NCBI GenBank assembly: GCA_964351765.1
Contig: CAYGPY010000002.1
Location: forward strand, 1-36,289
Length of the DNA: 36,289 nucleotides
DNA from: an uncultured Vampirovibrionales bacterium
GTDB taxonomy: Bacteria; Cyanobacteriota; Vampirovibrionia; Vampirovibrionales; Vampirovibrionaceae
Reading direction: 5' to 3'
The first letter of the stretch is position 1. Every line of letters begins with the position of its first letter. A program made the translations under genes and the position numbers. The notes below the pieces were generated by a model, which had not been told where the DNA came from, did not search any database, and was given only the letters and a program-made list of their open reading frames with translations. This document shows, piece by piece, positions 1-7,746 of this stretch.

Positions 1-242
1 TTAAACACCAGCAACAAATCGAACAGCTCGACTTGAAACAGCATCAACTTAAGATGGCTCGCACGATCTTAAAAGAAATTAAAATCAGTGAAAACTCTGG
101 GTTTGCCAGCAATCAAGATGTTATCAAAGCTCGCATCGGATTAACCATCGCTTCAGCAGAGTACGTAGCCAGCAAGCTTGACGTGGTCGTTGCCTTTTTT
201 GCACTTACACGCGAAACAGGTGAACTCAACGCACCAAAATAA
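1..242 (+). CDS. C-terminal fragment of an outer-membrane efflux factor (TolC/OEP-like); 5' end lies outside the window
   Basis: Frame 3 is open from the first bases of the window (KHQQQIEQLDLKQHQLKMART...) to TAA at 240-242. The tail (SGFASNQDVIKARIGL...AEYVASKLDVVVAFFALTRETGEL) resembles the last helical repeat of TolC-family proteins. An intrinsic terminator follows. Only ~80 aa are visible, so the family call is tentative. Confidence 0.4.
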   Translation, partial: KHQQQIEQLDLKQHQLKMARTILKEIKISENSGFASNQDVIKARIGLTIASAEYVASKLDVVVAFFALTRETGELNAPK

Positions 243-258
243 TTGATAAAACACCATT

Positions 259-298
259 AAAAAAACCGCCTGCTGTAATTACAAAGGGCGGTTTTTTT
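259..298. terminator. Rho-independent terminator, probably bidirectional
   Basis: CCGCC (266-270) pairs with GGCGG (287-291). The stem is flanked by A7 (259-265) and T7 (292-298). It lies between the convergent genes ending at 242 (+) and 353 (-). Confidence 0.6.
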
Positions 299-352
299 GG
301 TTTTTTTATTTATTCTTTCTTCAATAACAGTAACCACTATGAATAAAATGGC

Positions 353-559
353 TTAATTCAAACTATGCCAAGGCAGCATATCAGCCCAACTATCAGGACT
401 AAAGTTACCAATTTCTTCACGTTGTTTTTGGTTCACCATAAAAATATGTTTTAAATACATAATCTCAGCGCGGAACATGGGATCTACTTTTACTAGATTT
501 TTCTCGGGCTCATTAAGAATACCGAGTGTTAAAGACATTTCTAATTCTGTCATTGGCAT
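353..559 (-). CDS. Small hypothetical cytoplasmic protein (68 aa)
   Basis: ORF of 68 aa with a GAGAGG-like purine tract about 11 nt upstream of the ATG. I recognise no motif. It ends next to the bidirectional terminator at 259-298. Confidence 0.4.
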   Translation of the reverse strand: MPMTELEMSLTLGILNEPEKNLVKVDPMFRAEIMYLKHIFMVNQKQREEIGNFSPDSWADMLPWHSLN

Positions 560-710
560 GGGGCTTGCGACCTCTCTAAACTTATATTGACTCTGACTAT
601 CTAGAGCGTTGAAAGATAAACTAAACTTTTGGTTACGGGGATAACCGGATTGTATAAAATCGATTAACGTGACAATTCATTCGCTCTAATATAAAAAAAA
701 CAATCTTTAA

Positions 711-741
711 GGCAAAATTGCCTATTTTGCCCTATTTTTTT
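711..741 (+). terminator. Orphan terminator-like hairpin with no upstream + strand gene
   Basis: Perfect 8-bp stem GGCAAAAT (711-718) / ATTTTGCC (724-731) with loop TGCCT, followed by CTATTTTTTT (732-741). It sits in the 312-nt gap between the minus-strand ORF 353-559 and the OsmC-like gene. Confidence 0.3.
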
Positions 742-913
742 ACACACTGATACACTTGCATACTTAGCTCATACACCGGCTATTACAGAATTGACCTATT
801 TTTAGGGCTGTTGGTTAAGATAACGCCTTCTAAAAAAGAGAAAAGCCACATACAATAGATATCAAGTTTAAATGTACACACAGAGTATTGTGAACGAGTT
901 GAGGGACTTTATC

Positions 914-1327
914 ATGACATCATCCATTGCCGTATCCGTCGCGTCGACACCGGGTCACGCCTACCGTCAAACTATCAAAGCCGGCAACCACGAATTTATT
1001 GCCGACATCACGCAAAAAGAAGGGGGCGACGATGCCGCAGCATCACCACACCAAATGCTACTCGCCGCCCTAGGTGCGTGTACTAACATGACACTTCAAA
1101 TGTACGCACAGCGTAAAGGCTGGGACGTACAATCGGTTTATACCGATGTGATGGAAAAGAAGGACGACGCCACCGGCAAACCCCACATTATTAAAGACAT
1201 TACGATTACCGGAAACATTACCGAAGAGCAAAAAGTACGCTTAAAGAGCATTGCTGCCAAATGCCCTGTTAATAAAGTGATTACAGGCGAAAAAATTATG
1301 GAAAGCACCTTAGAACTAATGGGCTAA
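914..1327 (+). CDS. OsmC/Ohr-family peroxiredoxin-like protein
   Basis: Two conserved Cys contexts typical of OsmC (AALGACTNMTLQMYA and IAAKCPVNKVI). GAGGGA sits 7 nt upstream of the ATG at 914, so the ORF-track start at 872 is probably too long. Stop is TAA at 1325-1327. Confidence 0.85.
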   Translation: MTSSIAVSVASTPGHAYRQTIKAGNHEFIADITQKEGGDDAAASPHQMLLAALGACTNMTLQMYAQRKGWDVQSVYTDVMEKKDDATGKPHIIKDITITGNITEEQKVRLKSIAAKCPVNKVITGEKIMESTLELMG

Positions 1328-1350
1328 GACAAGTCTTACTCTGACCATCA

Positions 1351-1386
1351 AAAAAGCGCCGATGAAATTCACATCGGCGCTTTTTA
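1351..1386. terminator. Bidirectional rho-independent terminator
   Basis: GCGCCGATG (1356-1364) pairs with CATCGGCGC (1372-1380). An A5 run precedes and a T5 run follows. It lies between the convergent genes ending at 1327 (+) and 1419 (-). Confidence 0.7.
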
Positions 1387-1418
1387 TATTAGAGCTCTTA
1401 AATAAGTCTCGTTAAGCC

Positions 1419-1850
1419 TTATTTAAATTCACCTAAAAGTGCTGGCACATTACGGCAATCAACATTATGGCCAAGTAATCCGGTTCGCGTAACACGGTTG
1501 GTGCTATCAACCCAGAACAAACCAAAGCCGTTAATCATCTTTTGCTTTGGCATGTTGGCCGTACTCGCGTGATGGTATTCTTGCTGAAGCAAGTGACCTA
1601 AAGCAGTACGATCGCTAACCGAAGCGGGTGTGTAATGCACTTCTTCTAAGGCGCCATTTTTTGTACAGCTTTCAACTTTCACCTTGATTTGGTCGTGCCA
1701 CGTTTCATTCACTTTTACTTTTTCGTGTGTCACAGCAACCACTTTACCGGCAACATGTGGCGGTAAATCGGTTTGCGCTTGTACTGATACAGCAACACCG
1801 CTTAAAACGATGGCTGTAACTTGCAAGCTAACTAATAATTTTTTCAACAT
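1419..1850 (-). CDS. Secreted small protein with two conserved Cys, paralogue A (unknown family)
   Basis: Signal peptide MLKKLLVSLQVTAIVLSGVAVSVQA-Q. AAGGAG lies 7 nt upstream of the ATG at 1850, and the ORF-track start at 1874 would include this SD. The mature part aligns with the neighbouring ORF 1922-2479. Confidence 0.75.
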   Translation of the reverse strand: MLKKLLVSLQVTAIVLSGVAVSVQAQTDLPPHVAGKVVAVTHEKVKVNETWHDQIKVKVESCTKNGALEEVHYTPASVSDRTALGHLLQQEYHHASTANMPKQKMINGFGLFWVDSTNRVTRTGLLGHNVDCRNVPALLGEFK

Positions 1851-1921
1851 GGGTTTACTCCTTAAATACTTCAATTATTCAAACCATCGTTGATGATCTG
1901 ATAAAAAATAAAAATTCGTGT

Positions 1922-2479
1922 TTAGAAGCCGAAACGGCCAACACCCGGTACACTAACACCAGTAGGGATTCGACCAAATCCGCCACGACGTTTTGTTGCT
2001 GGAGCCGAGGTTGCAGGTGTGCTGGTGGTTGCACTCGCACCTGTAGACGCTCCGGCACTACCCGTAATGGCATTTTCACCAATATTAGTGCCACATTCAT
2101 AGTTATAACCCCAGAAGGTAGTTTTGTGAATGACATTTTTATCATCCAAATTCAGTGTCACGTGACCGTTAACACTATTCATGTACTGGCTTTTGGTTAC
2201 GGTGTGACGACCCGCCTGAACGGTATCGTTATACAAGAAACCCAATGCATTGGCATCAGATACAGCTCCCGGAGCGTAGCCTCCGGTTACGTATTGAGCG
2301 GAGTTATCACAAGGCTTAACCGTCACGGATACCTTATCGGCCCAGCCGTCAGTTACTTTCACGTGCTCGTGAAAAACAGCTTGAACCTTACCCGTTACTT
2401 CACGGGCAAAACTGGTTGCTGATAATAAAACAATACCAGCCAACATCAATGTGGCGGCTTTTTTAGAACTATGTCGCAT
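1922..2479 (-). CDS. Secreted small protein with two conserved Cys, paralogue B, with an S/T/A/P-rich linker and a G/F/R-rich C-terminal tail
   Basis: Signal peptide MRHSSKKAATLMLAGIVLLSATSFA. An AGGAGAGGGA SD lies upstream. The core (VTGKVQAVFHEHVKVTDGWADKVSVTVKPC...AVSDANALG...YNYEC) is co-linear with paralogue A. The tail reads GSAGASTGASATTSTPATSAPATKRRGGFGRIPTGVSVPGVGRFGF. Confidence 0.75.
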   Translation of the reverse strand: MRHSSKKAATLMLAGIVLLSATSFAREVTGKVQAVFHEHVKVTDGWADKVSVTVKPCDNSAQYVTGGYAPGAVSDANALGFLYNDTVQAGRHTVTKSQYMNSVNGHVTLNLDDKNVIHKTTFWGYNYECGTNIGENAITGSAGASTGASATTSTPATSAPATKRRGGFGRIPTGVSVPGVGRFGF

Positions 2480-2552
2480 TCTATCCCTCTCCTAAAGTCG
2501 ATATTATTTAGATGCTGATATAAACTCGCATCATCATTGACATTAAAACATA

Positions 2553-2598
2553 ATAAAACACCACCGGCTTTGCGCAATGACAAAGAGACGGTGGTGTT
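2553..2598 (-). terminator. Rho-independent terminator of the Clp/Hsp100-like gene
   Basis: AACACCACCG (2557-2566) pairs with CGGTGGTGTT (2589-2598). Read on the minus strand the hairpin is followed by TTTTATTA. It lies 22 nt downstream of the stop at 2620. Confidence 0.6.
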
Positions 2599-2619
2599 TC
2601 AATTCTATTTTAAACGCCC

Positions 2620-5600
2620 TTAAGCACTTAGATTTAATTTTTTAACCCGTGGACCCGATTTCCATTGCGGCATCCAGTTTCCTGACTCAGCGTCGTAGCC
2701 CATAGTGAGCACCGCATTGGTTTTATCACGCGAACTCAGCAACAAACGAGCGACTTTGTTTTCAATCGTCTTCTGGAAGACACGACGAATTTCACGCGCA
2801 CCACCTGGTAAGGCGTCATCAGCCGATGCGGTTGAGCCCGTAGTATCGTTTTCTTTAATGGCAGTTGCAAAACCAATGGCTTGCTTCTTGCTTTCAAGTT
2901 GAACTGTGGCCACACCCAAGTCAATTAAACGCTGCTTGGCATCATCAGTCAATTCAATTTTCAAGTTGCGTTGCTTAAGTGCATCTTGATTATTATAGCG
3001 TTCCACAAAGGTCTGCAAGATACCGTCTACATCGCTCCGTGTTAAATTGCGATATGGCGCAATAAAATCAATCCGGTTCACAAATTCAGGACGGAATTTA
3101 AAACCATTATCAGCCGCCACATTGGACAACAATCCACGAACGTTGCTGTCAAGTTGCATCGATGCGATTTCAGGATCCAGTCCTTTAGAATCAGCCTTAT
3201 GGCTGTTCAACAAATCACGCAACGCTTCTTGGTGAAGGTTACTGGTCATCATCACGGCACAGTTGGAGAAGTCAACAGGCTGACCATGGTTATCAATCAA
3301 ACGACCTTCTTCAAGAATCTGAAGTAGCACGTTAATCACATCGGGGTGGGCTTTTTCAATTTCATCAAACAATACAACCGAATAAGGGTTCTTACGCACT
3401 TTCTCGGTTAAGGCATCGGCACTATCAAACCCAACGTACCCTGGAGGGGCTCCAAGAATTTTAGACACAGCATGTTTTTCCATAAAATCCGTCATATCCA
3501 GCGGAATCAAGTTGCCATGGAAAAACTCTTTAGCAATAACTTTGGCTGTTTCCGTTTTACCCACACCCGTTGGGCCCGGTAACAACATCGAGAACACAGG
3601 ACGATCACCGGCCATATCCAACTCATTGCGAATCGCTAAACTCAGCATCGCTTCACGCACCACTTCAAGCGCTTCAGACTGACCTTCAATTTCTTCAGCC
3701 ACAATGTCATTGGCACGCATAATGCGATCAAGTTCATTCTCATCTAAATCATTAAACGGACTACCCGTTAATACGGCTTTGGCATAACGCAAATGACGAT
3801 CTGTGACATCGGTTTGAGCACCATCTTGACGGGCTTCAAATTCAGCAATCAAATCTGTTTCACGCTGACTCACCTGATCAATATGGTCAGGCAGACCTTG
3901 AAGATCACGCACACTGGCTGGATCAGGCGTCGCATTAGGATTGCGCTGATAATAAGACATGAGCTGATGGTAGCGCATGTTCATTTGTTGTTTCTTATCC
4001 GCAATGCCAGCCAGTTCTGGTGGTTGCCCAACAGCAATACTGGCAGCCAACTGAATCAAGTCAATCGAGCCACTCATCATGTTATCGGGGTTTTCACGCT
4101 GATTAATTTTAAACACTTTTTCAATGGTTTGTGGTGAAAATTCCACATTGTATTTTTTGGCCAGGCGCATCGCCTCTTCACCTAAAATGGTGAGCATTTC
4201 GTCTTTATTGAGGCCGGTCAAAGGCACTTCTTTCATGCGACGCTGAAAAGCAGGATCATTTCTCATTGAAGATTTACGCCAGTCTTCAGGGGTTGTAGCT
4301 CCCAGCATAGAGATGTTTAAATCAGGGTTATCCAATAGCGGTTTTTTGATCAATTCTAAAATATTTTGATTTCCACTGGCTGCAATCGTGTGAATTTCAT
4401 CAATAAAAACAACAACTTTACGTTCAGGATTCTTTTTAGAAAAAGCTGTAATTTCTTTTACCACAGCTTGCACACGTTTTTCCAAGTCACCACGATAGGT
4501 GGTACCTGCTACCAAGGCATTGGTATCCAACTCAAACATCACGGCATCTTTAAGGGGTTCAGGTACTTTACCTTCAAGAATACGTTGCGCCAAACGATAA
4601 GCTGTATAGGTTTTACCTTCACCGGCTTTAGCCAACAATAAGGCATGGCTGCGTTGGCCATCAGCGGCTAAAATAGTTTCTACCTGCTGGGTTGCTGACT
4701 CACGCAAGTACACTTGTGGCAATTCATTATTGTACGCGGCCATCATATAATTGCGACCATATTCTTTGAGGTTTTTAAATTGTTTATCAACCTCTTCTAG
4801 ATCCGTTAAAATCGGATCCTTAGGTGCTTTTACAATATCAGTACCTGGGTTAGCTTTAGGTTTAGTTTTGGGATTCGCTTTTTTGGCTCCCTTAGCGCCT
4901 TGGACTTTACCAGTACCTGTTGCAGGAGGCTCTTCTTCTACGTCTTCTTCAGCAGATGAGTTTGGCACGTTTTTCAATTCAAGCGTAACGTCATTGCCCT
5001 CTTTTTTAAATTCAAAAAGAGAACCCTCAACAGCCACGTTGGATACCCCCAGACTCAGTAATTTATCTCGAACATCCTCAAGTCCAGCATAAGCAAACAT
5101 ACTATACGGTTGTCTAACATTGGAGATAGGTTCACCTTCCCAACCATACTGATAGTACGTCCCATCCAAAACACGCATAAGGTTCACGGCATACTTCATA
5201 GGTGCTTCGTCATACACTTCTTTAGGCATTTCATTGACTAAGCTTTGCATAGCAGGTAACAACCCTGATGGATGGGTGTCACCTAAATCAACAACAAACT
5301 TACCCACTTCTTTATAAAAGTTGCTTTGAAACTCAAATAAATCAATCGGCCCCTTTGTAGCACCCCTCATAACTGCCGTGAAAGCATTATAAAAATTAAG
5401 CTCTTCATTACTAACAGAAGGTGAGGGTCCTTCAGGTGAGTTGTAGTCGATGTAGAGGTCATACGCATTTTTCAGCAACACCGACATAATGTGAGCCGAG
5501 TTCACCGGCACACCCTGTTCTTGAGCAAGGTTATCCGCCTGAAGTAAGGCATCAGCAATAGGAGCCGCAAACTGACCATACAAATCAAAGCGCTCTTCAT

Positions 5601-5814
5601 CATCAAGCTTATCAACATCATCAACTTGTCCAAATCGAACGGAGGAAGCAATTAAATCCTTACCCAAAAAAGCCTGAGGCTTAGATGGTTTCGTTGCTAA
5701 TGCGCTTACACTGCCTTCAAACACAGGCAATGCAGCTTGTTTTTTTACAGCATCCTGCTTTATTGGCGATTGCGCTAAACGATTTAAACCATTGGAACCC
5801 ATTAATGTTGTCAT
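2620..5814 (-). CDS. Atypical two-ring Clp/Hsp100 AAA+ ATPase (ClpB/ClpV/ClpC-like) with a long novel N-terminal extension
   Basis: D1 Walker A is LLLAKAGEGKT (encoded about 4610-4642) and Walker B is VVVFIDEIHTI. D2 Walker A is GPTGVGKT (3553-3579), with Walker B VVLFDEIEKAHPDV and the GYVGF motif. One Clp_N-like repeat (FAAPIADALLQADNLAQEQGVPVNSAHIMSVLLKN) is present. About 350 aa precede D1, including an acidic then K/P-rich linker. Confidence 0.85.
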   Translation of the reverse strand: MTTLMGSNGLNRLAQSPIKQDAVKKQAALPVFEGSVSALATKPSKPQAFLGKDLIASSVRFGQVDDVDKLDDEERFDLYGQFAAPIADALLQADNLAQEQGVPVNSAHIMSVLLKNAYDLYIDYNSPEGPSPSVSNEELNFYNAFTAVMRGATKGPIDLFEFQSNFYKEVGKFVVDLGDTHPSGLLPAMQSLVNEMPKEVYDEAPMKYAVNLMRVLDGTYYQYGWEGEPISNVRQPYSMFAYAGLEDVRDKLLSLGVSNVAVEGSLFEFKKEGNDVTLELKNVPNSSAEEDVEEEPPATGTGKVQGAKGAKKANPKTKPKANPGTDIVKAPKDPILTDLEEVDKQFKNLKEYGRNYMMAAYNNELPQVYLRESATQQVETILAADGQRSHALLLAKAGEGKTYTAYRLAQRILEGKVPEPLKDAVMFELDTNALVAGTTYRGDLEKRVQAVVKEITAFSKKNPERKVVVFIDEIHTIAASGNQNILELIKKPLLDNPDLNISMLGATTPEDWRKSSMRNDPAFQRRMKEVPLTGLNKDEMLTILGEEAMRLAKKYNVEFSPQTIEKVFKINQRENPDNMMSGSIDLIQLAASIAVGQPPELAGIADKKQQMNMRYHQLMSYYQRNPNATPDPASVRDLQGLPDHIDQVSQRETDLIAEFEARQDGAQTDVTDRHLRYAKAVLTGSPFNDLDENELDRIMRANDIVAEEIEGQSEALEVVREAMLSLAIRNELDMAGDRPVFSMLLPGPTGVGKTETAKVIAKEFFHGNLIPLDMTDFMEKHAVSKILGAPPGYVGFDSADALTEKVRKNPYSVVLFDEIEKAHPDVINVLLQILEEGRLIDNHGQPVDFSNCAVMMTSNLHQEALRDLLNSHKADSKGLDPEIASMQLDSNVRGLLSNVAADNGFKFRPEFVNRIDFIAPYRNLTRSDVDGILQTFVERYNNQDALKQRNLKIELTDDAKQRLIDLGVATVQLESKKQAIGFATAIKENDTTGSTASADDALPGGAREIRRVFQKTIENKVARLLLSSRDKTNAVLTMGYDAESGNWMPQWKSGPRVKKLNLSA

Positions 5815-6095
5815 CTTCGAAAACCCTATTTAATCTATTCATAACGCGCATGAAACCGTCATGCGTCTCCACGTGCGCACAATACAGATCAATCGTCATA
5901 AGTGTAAACAGTCATTCCAAACACAGTGATAGGCGATATATATGTTTGACGATAACGAGGCCACAAGCCACGCTATGACTTATTAATCTATGATGAAACA
6001 CGGGATAAAGCTGATAATCAACTTACTCTATTAAACCCCAAACATACCGTGGATTGCCCTGAAACACTTATATATTAAGAGGTATTAAGTCCCTA

Positions 6096-6563
6096 TTATT
6101 GCTGGCCAAAAATGGTCACGTTAGTCCGTGTTTGCGTATTGCCCCCGAATGAATCGGATTGAGTTTGCGTGTTTTGCTGAAGCATCCCTTGAGCCGGATT
6201 CCCCATAAATCCACCCCCACTAAACCGACGTTGCGTTTGTAGGTTTTGATATCGATACGGTGATACCGAGCGACCATAAGGGTGGTTATAGTACTGATAA
6301 GAAGGCGTAATCAAGGCCGTGTTACCTTGAGGAACCGTTGTTCGAATAGGCGTGCGGCGAATAGGTACACCCAAATAGAGTGGTGTACCCGTAATAACAG
6401 ATTGCTGATATGGCACATCATCATACGTTTCAGTATAGGTGGTGCCATTAGGAAACGTCACTTCATAACGTTTATAGGCATGCGCCACAAAGCTCGTTAC
6501 TGCAATGCTCAACGCAATAAAAGCAGCGATAGAAAATTTATAAAATTGTTTTTGTATACCCAT
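6096..6563 (-). CDS. Secreted hypothetical protein with a Q/T/N/G-rich low-complexity C-terminus
   Basis: N-terminal signal or anchor FSIAAFIALSIAVTSFVAHA. A Y/P-rich middle is followed by the tail GNPAQGMLQQNTQTQSDSFGGNTQTRTN. I recognise no family motif. Confidence 0.55.
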   Translation of the reverse strand: MGIQKQFYKFSIAAFIALSIAVTSFVAHAYKRYEVTFPNGTTYTETYDDVPYQQSVITGTPLYLGVPIRRTPIRTTVPQGNTALITPSYQYYNHPYGRSVSPYRYQNLQTQRRFSGGGFMGNPAQGMLQQNTQTQSDSFGGNTQTRTNVTIFGQQ

Positions 6564-6620
6564 ACCACTAGTTTAGCCGATTTCAGACTCAATTTCTAGA
6601 TGTAACGATGGTCTAAAGCT

Positions 6621-7643
6621 CTAATTTTCGTCACGATGCCCTAGGACACGCCAGCTCATTTTATTGCGGTGTGTTATTGAATCCAAAGCAAGTTTGTTAT
6701 CGTGATACCAGCTCAAGAGCGTTTCTTTTTTAAGGTAATGCGTCACGGGTGGAATCAGTTGATCGTTAACCATACCCACCACATACCCAAAGCCATACCG
6801 ACGAAGCCACTGAAAATACTGATAGTGAGGCAGTTTTTCAGACATTCCTTTTAAAGGCCATGGCAAACCCGGGTGATAAAACGTATGAAGAAGCGGATAA
6901 AGAATACAACTCAAGGGCACTGCCAACACAACCCGAACCATCATTACAGGCAGTCGGTGGCAAATCGCGCGTAAGGGCTCCACAATCAAGCGGATAAGTC
7001 GGTTGTTTTCCCAGCCATACACCCAAATAAACACTTGGCCTTGCGCTTTTTTAGCAAGAGGCACAATGGCGTTAAATCCATCAATGGGCTTTGGCAGATG
7101 GTGAAGAACCCCCAAGCTAAACACCAGATCAATGCTCTCTTGTTTAATCGGAGGCTCTAATAAGTCAGCCTGAATAAAGCTTAGATTCGGGTTATCCATC
7201 AACATCGACACACCCGCATCAAGGGCATGGCTAATTTCTAAACCAATGACTTGTTTAGCACCGTATTGAGCAGAATAAGCCGAGAAGCCACCCAGCCCGC
7301 TCCCCATTTCCATCACCACTTTATCTTTAAAGTCATCGGGCTGAAGCGGAAGCACCCAATCTCGAAACTGTTCTTCCATATACGGGTTTACGGTGCGTGC
7401 TTTGGCATAAGCCACCCACGCATCACCAAAATTTTCAGCAATATGTTTTTGCTTCTTAGTAGAAATCGTATCCAGATTAATAAACCGAGGCACATAATCG
7501 GTGATGGGGTATGTATGCTGACATGCTGAGCAAACAAGTTTACCCTGATACACTCTCTCGTGAGCATACTCGGCATCGGTCAGGCAAAGCTCATCATGTC
7601 CGCATGCTAAACAATAGAATAAAGATGTGATTTCGGGGTTCAT
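6621..7643 (-). CDS. Class I SAM-dependent methyltransferase with an N-terminal Trm112-like CxxC...CxxC zinc ribbon
   Basis: Zinc ribbon FYCLACGH...LVCSACQHTYPITDYVPRF. SAM motif I is VVMEMGSGLGGFS, with motif-II-like DLVFSLGVLHHL. The hydrophobic C-terminal extension is W/Y/P-rich. The ATG at 7643 is preferred over the TTG at 7712 used by the ORF track. Confidence 0.8.
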   Translation of the reverse strand: MNPEITSLFYCLACGHDELCLTDAEYAHERVYQGKLVCSACQHTYPITDYVPRFINLDTISTKKQKHIAENFGDAWVAYAKARTVNPYMEEQFRDWVLPLQPDDFKDKVVMEMGSGLGGFSAYSAQYGAKQVIGLEISHALDAGVSMLMDNPNLSFIQADLLEPPIKQESIDLVFSLGVLHHLPKPIDGFNAIVPLAKKAQGQVFIWVYGWENNRLIRLIVEPLRAICHRLPVMMVRVVLAVPLSCILYPLLHTFYHPGLPWPLKGMSEKLPHYQYFQWLRRYGFGYVVGMVNDQLIPPVTHYLKKETLLSWYHDNKLALDSITHRNKMSWRVLGHRDEN

Positions 7644-7746
7644 GTATAAACGTTCATTCCCAACAACAACACTTCTATAATAATACAGAATGGATGTCCT
7701 GTACGACGGCAATGCGAAAGTTAGATATCAAACGTCTCTATAAGGT

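Noticed and set aside
1684-2422. ORFs 1684-1893 (+), 1879-2145 (-) and 2126-2422 (+), which overlap the two secreted paralogue genes.
   Set aside because: The overlapped genes have signal peptides, strong SDs and mutual homology. These alternatives have none of those properties.
2620-5814. Calling the Clp-like ATPase ClpV of a type VI secretion system.
   Set aside because: No other T6SS components (TssB/C, Hcp, VgrG, TssM and so on) are present anywhere in the window. The N-terminal region does not resemble the ClpV N-domain closely enough to assert this.
2705-5978. Short ORFs overlapping the Clp/Hsp100-like gene (2705-2902, 2736-2924, 3047-3235, 3793-4137, 4366-4641, 4751-5092, 5685-5978, 5717-5899).
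   Set aside because: All are embedded in or overlap a 1064-aa ORF with unambiguous AAA+ motifs. None has a recognisable motif or SD.
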